Shown in pieces: positions 47,448 through 52,936 of a stretch of 52,936 bases of DNA. The stretch lies in the sequence record OM313461; one strand, 5' to 3'. The translations under genes were made by a program, and so were the position numbers. Source of the stretch: Escherichia phage vB_EcoM_PiR. The notes beneath the pieces are model-generated. The model did not search any database, was not told where the DNA came from, and saw only the letters and a program-made list of their open reading frames with translations. Position 1 is the stretch's first letter. Each line of letters opens with the position of its first letter.

Positions 47448-47511
47448 GTTTCTCTCCTGTTGATTGTGAATAATTTCAATTGATGGCACTACTTGAGTGC
47501 CATCTCAAAAA

Positions 47512-48048
47512 TTACTCTTCAGTTTCTTGGGTTTCAGGTTTTTGACCAGTTACTGACTTGCCATCAGTCACTTTACCAGATTTTACATCATTCCGGTAGT
47601 ATGACATATATGACTGGATAACTCTTTTGGCTTTGATGTCATCCGCCTCCATCCCACAGGCTTTCATGGCATCAACTAGGGCCAGTTTGGAATCTTCTTT
47701 ATCCATCAGGTTGTAATCTTTGAACACCAGATAACAAGTATCTTTTGTTGATGGACCAGATGACTTCCGGGCCCCACCATTGGAAGATCTTGATGCCACA
47801 ACTTTGACCTCTTCAACTTCCAGTTGGTTCAGTTCATCAAACAATGCCTTGACCAACACTTCTTTGGAGTCCTTGACACTTACAGTACTTTCATCATTAA
47901 GGGACTTAATCATCTTAATGATCTGGTTGTTGGCAAAGTACTGAAGACTATCCATCTGCACTACAATAGTCCCAAGACTTTCAGTAGTCAGACCAGATTT
48001 TACAGACTCAACAGAAAAGGCGGAAGTCAGGTAAACATAGTTAGTCAT
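47512..48048 (-). CDS. hypothetical early protein
   Basis: start re-assigned to ATG 48048 with GAGGA SD. Confidence 0.55.
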   Translation of the reverse strand: MTNYVYLTSAFSVESVKSGLTTESLGTIVVQMDSLQYFANNQIIKMIKSLNDESTVSVKDSKEVLVKALFDELNQLEVEEVKVVASRSSNGGARKSSGPSTKDTCYLVFKDYNLMDKEDSKLALVDAMKACGMEADDIKAKRVIQSYMSYYRNDVKSGKVTDGKSVTGQKPETQETEE

Positions 48049-48143
48049 TGATGTATCCTCATTGATAGAATTTTTGATAAGTGTCAATCCTTGACAAGTA
48101 AGTCCAATCATGAGGACTTTTACCAAGTCCCCATTGTTGGAAA

Positions 48144-48317
48144 TTACTTCAACTTATCCAGAATTGATTGGAGTAACTTGACCCTCACTTCCTGGTCTTT
48201 GACATCCCTTCCACTCTCCCTGTCATATTCCAACAGGTCACTTTCCATAAATAAAGTAGTGTCCAATTGGTCAACCAATAATTCCAGTTCTTCTTGGGAC
48301 AATTCTAAAACTTTCAT
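48144..48317 (-). CDS. small early protein, paralog family member 3
   Basis: ATG 48317 after CAGGAG; N-terminus MKVLELSQEELELLVDQLD. Confidence 0.55.
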   Translation of the reverse strand: MKVLELSQEELELLVDQLDTTLFMESDLLEYDRESGRDVKDQEVRVKLLQSILDKLK

Positions 48318-48321
48318 CTTA

Positions 48322-48468
48322 TTACTCCTGATATTTAATAACTTGGGATTGGATAAAGTCAACACAATCTTCCACATCCATTGACTCAAAGTCTGGAACT
48401 GGACCATTGTTTATATTGACACACCAAAGCCCTTCATTGGTATCATACCAAAGTGTGTAGTTGTCCAT
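48322..48468 (-). CDS. small early protein (first gene of AT-rich block)
   Basis: ATG 48468 after AGAGGTG; track start 48525 is GTG. Confidence 0.5.
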   Translation of the reverse strand: MDNYTLWYDTNEGLWCVNINNGPVPDFESMDVEDCVDFIQSQVIKYQE

Positions 48469-48834
48469 CTTAATAGTCACCTCTTGTACTAGTTTCCAGT
48501 TGTGACTACTGTTACCAATAGTCACTGGTTGAAACTATTACTAGTGTTACTATCAACAAGAAACATGTTACCAGATTGTTAAAGAGCAAAAGGTACCATT
48601 GACATCTACCAGATGTACCTGTTGACTGGTTAAGTACTACCTACCCAAATTAAACCATACTAATACCCTCCAGACCAGTTGACTGGTCACTTGGTCATCA
48701 CATTCAATAAATATATAATAGTCCAATCCCTCTTGATTGTACACCTTATATTTGTAAGTTTATGCAAGTTTTTAGAAATGATAATCACTTGCGATTGAGA
48801 GTGGTTCTCGTATGCTATTGATATAGTTTCGCAT

Positions 48835-49098
48835 GTAATTACTCAACTCAAAATGGTCGGCAGGGGTTATAATCACATAGGGGTGCCACTTAAAGGAGCC
48901 GGCGAAATTATTTATAAAAATATAATTTCAATCTGAAGTATAGACGCTTTGTGTTATAACGGCCGAAGTAGTTCATACGGTAATTGTATCAATCACAATA
49001 GTTACCAGCGTAATCATTTCAATCGAAATAGGTGCGGCGGGGGTAATTTCGCAAGGGTGCTACCCACCAGGAGTCAGCGGAATTTTTTTATTTTTTGG
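48835..49098. repeat. duplicated ~85-bp non-coding element (two full copies plus a partial copy)
   Basis: copy 1 48835-48915 and copy 2 49010-49098 share GTAAT...CAA..AAAT.GGT.CGGC.GGGG...AGGGTGC.AC...AGGAG.C.GCG.AATT-T-run; partial copy at 48979-49006. Confidence 0.5.
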
Positions 49099-49307
49099 TA
49101 TTTTTGCCTTATCAGGACCAATCATCATCAGATTGATACAATAGGAGCTAACCTTTTGCCTAACACAATAATAAGTGAAGCCCCTCTAAAATTTTTTTTT
49201 ATATTTTTCGGAAATTGTGTAGACACTCACTAAAAAGTGGTGTACTTTCTCTCCTCCACGCGCTATCATTAATGTGAATCATCAAACGGCCTCACGGTCT
49301 CCTACTT

Positions 49308-49805
49308 ATGGGTAACATTATGAAAATTGTTCAATTAGAGCCATATCCGCCTCAATTGGCTATCGTTTGCAGCGAAAAAGAGCACCAGGAGCTCCAAAAG
49401 CTGATGGATTTGCCTGATTTTGGCAACTGGAATGACCGGGAAACGCGTAATGCGTCTACTTTTACGTTCACTCGCGTTAACTATCCGTACCTGTTAATCG
49501 TCGTCGAACTGTACCACCCGGACGACCTGAAGTACAACACCATTTCCCACGAAGGCATTCACGTAATGTCGTCGCTGATGAACTATGTAGGGCTTAAATA
49601 CGACCCAGAAAACGATGAATGGTACGCATATCAGCACGATTTCATCGTAAATGCCATTTGTAAGGCCCATGATGAGTACCTGGAGCGCAAAAAAGCGCCA
49701 AAACATAAGCCAAAAATCGAAACAGGCAATCATCCTGTGATACTGCCACAAGACGTTATGAACTCGCTTTTGACTGACACTACTGGGGACTTTTTAGGTG
49801 ATTGA
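49308..49805 (+). CDS. HExxH-motif protein (putative metallopeptidase-like)
   Basis: 165 aa containing SHEGIHV. Confidence 0.45.
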   Translation: MGNIMKIVQLEPYPPQLAIVCSEKEHQELQKLMDLPDFGNWNDRETRNASTFTFTRVNYPYLLIVVELYHPDDLKYNTISHEGIHVMSSLMNYVGLKYDPENDEWYAYQHDFIVNAICKAHDEYLERKKAPKHKPKIETGNHPVILPQDVMNSLLTDTTGDFLGD

Positions 49806-50307
49806 AATACTCCGTAAGTATTTTCGCTATGAGCCAGACACAGGCTTATTGTACAGAATACGACAGGCTAAAACAGGTAAACGAGTCGATATGAGCCAGC
49901 CTGTAGGCACGGAACATAGCGGTTATCTGTTTTGCAGTGTACCAGAAGGCATTCGTACAAAGCCTGTGCACGTAATCTGCTATGCTTTACAAACTGGCGA
50001 ACTACCTGAAGTAGTTGACCATAAAGATGGTAACGGGCTTAACAACAAATGGTACAACCTTCGTAACGGTACTCAAACGCAGAACCGGTATAACTCAAAA
50101 GTCAAATCAAGTAACACAACAGGCGTAAAAGGCTTGTTTGAGTACGCACCAAAAGGTCGTAAACCTCTTTGGAAAGCCAGCATTAAAGTAGATGGAGTCA
50201 ATCATCAGAAGTATTTCCCTTATACTGATAACGGTAGGCTGGAAGCTATTGAGTGGCTTGACGAACAAAGACATCAACATGGCGAATTCGCCAACAAAGG
50301 AAATTAA
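49798..50307 (+). CDS. HNH homing endonuclease with AP2-like DNA-binding domain
   Basis: VDHKDGNGLNNKWYNLR...TQTQNRYN HNH motif; C-terminal AP2-like region; GTG start with weak RBS. Confidence 0.7.
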   Translation: MIEILRKYFRYEPDTGLLYRIRQAKTGKRVDMSQPVGTEHSGYLFCSVPEGIRTKPVHVICYALQTGELPEVVDHKDGNGLNNKWYNLRNGTQTQNRYNSKVKSSNTTGVKGLFEYAPKGRKPLWKASIKVDGVNHQKYFPYTDNGRLEAIEWLDEQRHQHGEFANKGN

Positions 50308-50308
50308 T

Positions 50309-50983
50309 ATGATAAACCTAATCTTTGCAATGGGCCAAAATGGGGAATTCGGGTTGTCCCCGGAGTTTATGAAGCATCAGGTGGACTCGTGTAAGACTAT
50401 GGAAGAGGTCCGTGCGCTTCCTAAGTCTGGTTTACCATGGAAGTGTCCGTCAGATATGCTCTTTTTCAGGACTATGACTAATTCAATTGCGTCAGAACCA
50501 GGCTATAATGCGTATCAGCAACTACGGGGACAGTTCCCAAGTGACCAGTTGCGAAACATGATAGCTGATGTAACGGTAAAAATGGTTGGGCATAGCGTAT
50601 TGTTAGCCGGTCGTAAAACGTTTATGACTATGAGTCTGCCTATGTCAGCCCACCGAATACTGCTGCCGGTATCTCGTCAGATTATGGCTTCAGAAGGCTA
50701 CAACAATATAGGTGAGTTGGCAGCAGCACTTGAAGACCGTGGTTCAGATGTTTGGATTGTTGGCGGTGCACAGTTAATACTTGCGGCTCTTGAAGAGCAT
50801 GCCAAAGGTACACTCCGTGTTGACAACATGTTTATCAGCACAATCAAAGAAGCAGGTCCAAGTGATATATTAATGGACCGTAGCAAATTAATGATGTACA
50901 TTGATAGCGACTTCACTTATAATGATGAATATGTTGATAACAAATCTGTGCTGATACAGCGTTACCGGAGTGTACAGCAATGA
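50309..50983 (+). CDS. dihydrofolate reductase (with internal insertion)
   Basis: start ATG 50309 (AAGGA SD); DHFR-like motifs MINLIFAMGQNGEFG, LPW, VGHSVLLAGRKTF, VWIVGGAQL. Confidence 0.65.
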   Translation: MINLIFAMGQNGEFGLSPEFMKHQVDSCKTMEEVRALPKSGLPWKCPSDMLFFRTMTNSIASEPGYNAYQQLRGQFPSDQLRNMIADVTVKMVGHSVLLAGRKTFMTMSLPMSAHRILLPVSRQIMASEGYNNIGELAAALEDRGSDVWIVGGAQLILAALEEHAKGTLRVDNMFISTIKEAGPSDILMDRSKLMMYIDSDFTYNDEYVDNKSVLIQRYRSVQQ

Positions 50984-51486
50984 ATATCATAGTTGAGGGA
51001 CCTGACAATGCTCGTAAATCTACACTTATTAAGTTCCTTGAACCTCATCTTGGCCGCAGCATTATTCATAATACTGTTGACAAAGATGCCGAATCGGTCA
51101 TGGCTAAACAGGCCAAAGAAAACGCGCTCGAAGGCAATAGTATTTACGACCGTAGCGCTGTTATATCTGAGTATATCTATTGCATGGTTCTTCAACGTAC
51201 GCCTGTCATCAATATTAATGTATCACATGTAGCAGATATGTGTGACAACGCCATCGTTATCTTTTGTATGCCGCCTATTGAAAAGGTACTGGCGACTACA
51301 AAAGAAGAGATGCCTGGTGTTGTGGAAAATCTTGAGGCGTTATACAACCAGTATGACAACCTCATTGACGAACTGGTTATGATGGGCAAGCAGTTCTTTA
51401 TTTACGACTGGACTGCTGAAGAAAATGGCCCAGAAGCAGTTCTCGAATACATCAACGAACGTATTAATAAGGAGTGGAACAAATGA
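50980..51486 (+). CDS. P-loop-like nucleotide kinase with degenerate Walker A (possible dNMP kinase)
   Basis: IVEGPDNARKSTL resembles thymidylate-kinase P-loop but second Gly replaced by Arg; ATGA overlap with DHFR stop. Confidence 0.35.
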   Translation: MNIIVEGPDNARKSTLIKFLEPHLGRSIIHNTVDKDAESVMAKQAKENALEGNSIYDRSAVISEYIYCMVLQRTPVININVSHVADMCDNAIVIFCMPPIEKVLATTKEEMPGVVENLEALYNQYDNLIDELVMMGKQFFIYDWTAEENGPEAVLEYINERINKEWNK

Positions 51487-52175
51487 GCCCAGTATACAAT
51501 ACCTCAGTCACGCTGTCAGCAACCGTAGGGGACGTCAACAAGACTGTTACTGTGGGTTCAACTAACCCGAACCTGTCAGGCGAAGACCTGCTACGCCTGG
51601 CCAAACGTGCTCTTGAAGATAACGAAGTGACTGGTACTGAAGGCGTTAACATTGAAATTAACGTCGAAGGGTGTCCACACAGCATCAGCATTGCGACTTC
51701 TGGCGATGAAATTGAAAAGTTCAACGACGAGCTGGAATATCGTACCGGTGAGATGTTCAGCAGTGCGCTAAACTGGTACTTGTGCAAGGCTTCAAACTAC
51801 GCTGGCGCTCCTATGTCAGACCGTATGTTAGCTGATATGTCTGCACGTGAAATTGCTAAAGGCTGGGCGCATGTACAGATGCTGCAGGAGCATATCTGCA
51901 AGCTGGAAAGCTGCAATAAAGACGCGTCTGAGCTTATTACTGCCTATAAGCGACAGATTAACGACCTGCAGCAACTGATGGGCAAACGCGCTGAAGAATA
52001 TGAGGCTGAGATTCGTAGTCTTAACGGTACGGCTGTTGCTAACAACCGTGCTTTCAGCGAAGAGCGTAAAGCGCTTATTGCCCAGCGTGACGCTGAAAAA
52101 CGTCGTGCAGACGACCTAGCAAACCGTCTTAATTTTATCCGTAAACACATGGAACACATGGATGGAGTAATCTGA
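51483..52175 (+). CDS. hypothetical protein with C-terminal coiled coil
   Basis: ATG 51483 with AAGGAG SD; track start 51474 is GTG. Confidence 0.5.
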   Translation: MSPVYNTSVTLSATVGDVNKTVTVGSTNPNLSGEDLLRLAKRALEDNEVTGTEGVNIEINVEGCPHSISIATSGDEIEKFNDELEYRTGEMFSSALNWYLCKASNYAGAPMSDRMLADMSAREIAKGWAHVQMLQEHICKLESCNKDASELITAYKRQINDLQQLMGKRAEEYEAEIRSLNGTAVANNRAFSEERKALIAQRDAEKRRADDLANRLNFIRKHMEHMDGVI

Positions 52176-52465
52176 TGGACTTGTTCGATATGGTCGAACA
52201 TCCTGAAGTAAACGGCTTGGCGGAAGCTAAGCCATTTAACTGGGATGAATTCGTAGCAGGCAAACCTGCTGTAACCCACAATGGGCAGATTGCATATTAC
52301 GGAGGCCATAGCGAACATCCGATGTGCACTCACCTGTACAACGCTATCACAACCATAGCCGACGAAAACGTTATTAAATACGGAAAAGATGTAATGCCTT
52401 TTCTTGTAGATGAGCGCGGTTACTTCGAAGGTAAATGGTTCCCGTTTCTGGTAGAAATGGCCTAA
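52175..52465 (+). CDS. hypothetical protein
   Basis: ATGA overlap with upstream stop. Confidence 0.5.
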   Translation: MDLFDMVEHPEVNGLAEAKPFNWDEFVAGKPAVTHNGQIAYYGGHSEHPMCTHLYNAITTIADENVIKYGKDVMPFLVDERGYFEGKWFPFLVEMA

Positions 52466-52581
52466 AAACCGGATAAATATAAAGGCGTCTAAGTTAGTTC
52501 TTCATCTATATAAGCTACTTATTCGCCTTTCTACTGTAGACTTTCTCATCATCTCTCTAGACACTTCATTTTTATATTCTG

Positions 52582-52610
52582 TTTACTTACTTCGCGTAAC
52601 TCGTTATAAT
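52582..52610 (+). promoter_or_regulatory. sigma70-like promoter TTTACT-N17-TATAAT
   Basis: -35 52582-52587, -10 52605-52610; ACCGGAT-type motifs at 52469-52475 and 52617-52623 nearby. Confidence 0.6.
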
Positions 52611-52642
52611 CCCGACTATCCGGATTAACGAGGACGACACCC

Positions 52643-52933
52643 ATGGCAAAACCGAAAAAAACCCGTGAGGCAACAGAAGAACTGTTGGCCACGATGCGAC
52701 GTATCCAGCTGGACCCGTTGGAAGTTATGCAACGGGCTATCATACTTGCTGAACGTGAAGACGACTACAAAGCAATGATGGATGGTGCACTGGGCGTTAT
52801 GCCGTACATGTATCCTAAGCTGAAAGAATCCGTTGTCAAAGCAGACATCGACCAGAACCTGTCTGGTAATGGTGTCAACCTGAACATTACAATAGGCGAC
52901 CAGAAAGTGGTAGATACTACTGGGGAAGAGTAA
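52643..52933 (+). CDS. terminase small subunit (candidate)
   Basis: 96-aa ORF with GAGGA SD whose stop is 3 nt before window end, which would abut the large terminase ATG at position 1 in a circularly permuted genome. Confidence 0.35.
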   Translation: MAKPKKTREATEELLATMRRIQLDPLEVMQRAIILAEREDDYKAMMDGALGVMPYMYPKLKESVVKADIDQNLSGNGVNLNITIGDQKVVDTTGEE

Positions 52934-52936
52934 TAA

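Noticed and set aside
1-52936. Integrase, repressor or attachment site indicating a prophage
   Set aside because: No tyrosine or serine recombinase-like ORF and no CI-like repressor recognised; genome organisation looks virulent, though absence cannot be proven by eye.
1-52936. CRISPR array
   Set aside because: No series of regularly spaced direct repeats with unique spacers was seen; repeats present are iterons, microsatellite or duplicated non-coding elements.

Overview
The window looks like a near-complete (~53 kb) genome of a tailed dsDNA phage, probably virulent: no integrase or repressor is recognisable. It starts exactly at the ATG of the large terminase and ends 3 nt after a small terminase-like ORF, so first and last genes are probably adjacent in a circularly permuted genome. 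Plus strand 1-25985 carries the late genes: terminase, portal, scaffold, major capsid, head-tail proteins, a 985-aa virion protein, two Ig-like (Big_2-type) repeat proteins, a P2/Mu-like contractile-tail module (sheath, tube, chaperone with a -1 frameshift, tape measure, baseplate, fibre, two fibre-assembly paralogs) and a lysis cassette (pinholin-like holin, SAR endolysin, overlapping spanins). Minus strand 41541-26001 is a replication and nucleotide-metabolism operon: family-A DNA polymerase, clamp-like protein, thymidylate-synthase-fold enzyme, MazG-like pyrophosphatase, SF2 helicase, Cas4-like nuclease, dCMP deaminase, SSB-like protein, AAA_24 ATPase and a TraR/DksA zinc finger. Plus strand 41611-45367 encodes a primase/SF3-helicase fusion; minus strand 48468-45364 is an AT-rich block of about 12 small early genes; plus strand 49308-52933 encodes an HExxH protein, an HNH endonuclease, DHFR, a kinase-like protein and the small terminase candidate. 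The most interesting signal is a candidate pyrimidine-modification pathway: the TS-fold enzyme has Asp at the position that sets uracil versus cytosine specificity, and sits in a genome that also encodes MazG, dCMP deaminase, DHFR and a kinase-like protein. Other signals are an iteron-rich putative origin next to the primase, a 565-bp non-coding region with a perfect DnaA box, a duplicated ~85-bp non-coding element, a recurring TTTACw-N17-TATAAT promoter, and GC hairpins with a UUCG loop at gene junctions. All functions are inferred by eye from motifs and gene order; no database search was run. The ORF track uses GTG/TTG as well as ATG starts, so several starts were re-assigned to ATG codons with Shine-Dalgarno sequences.
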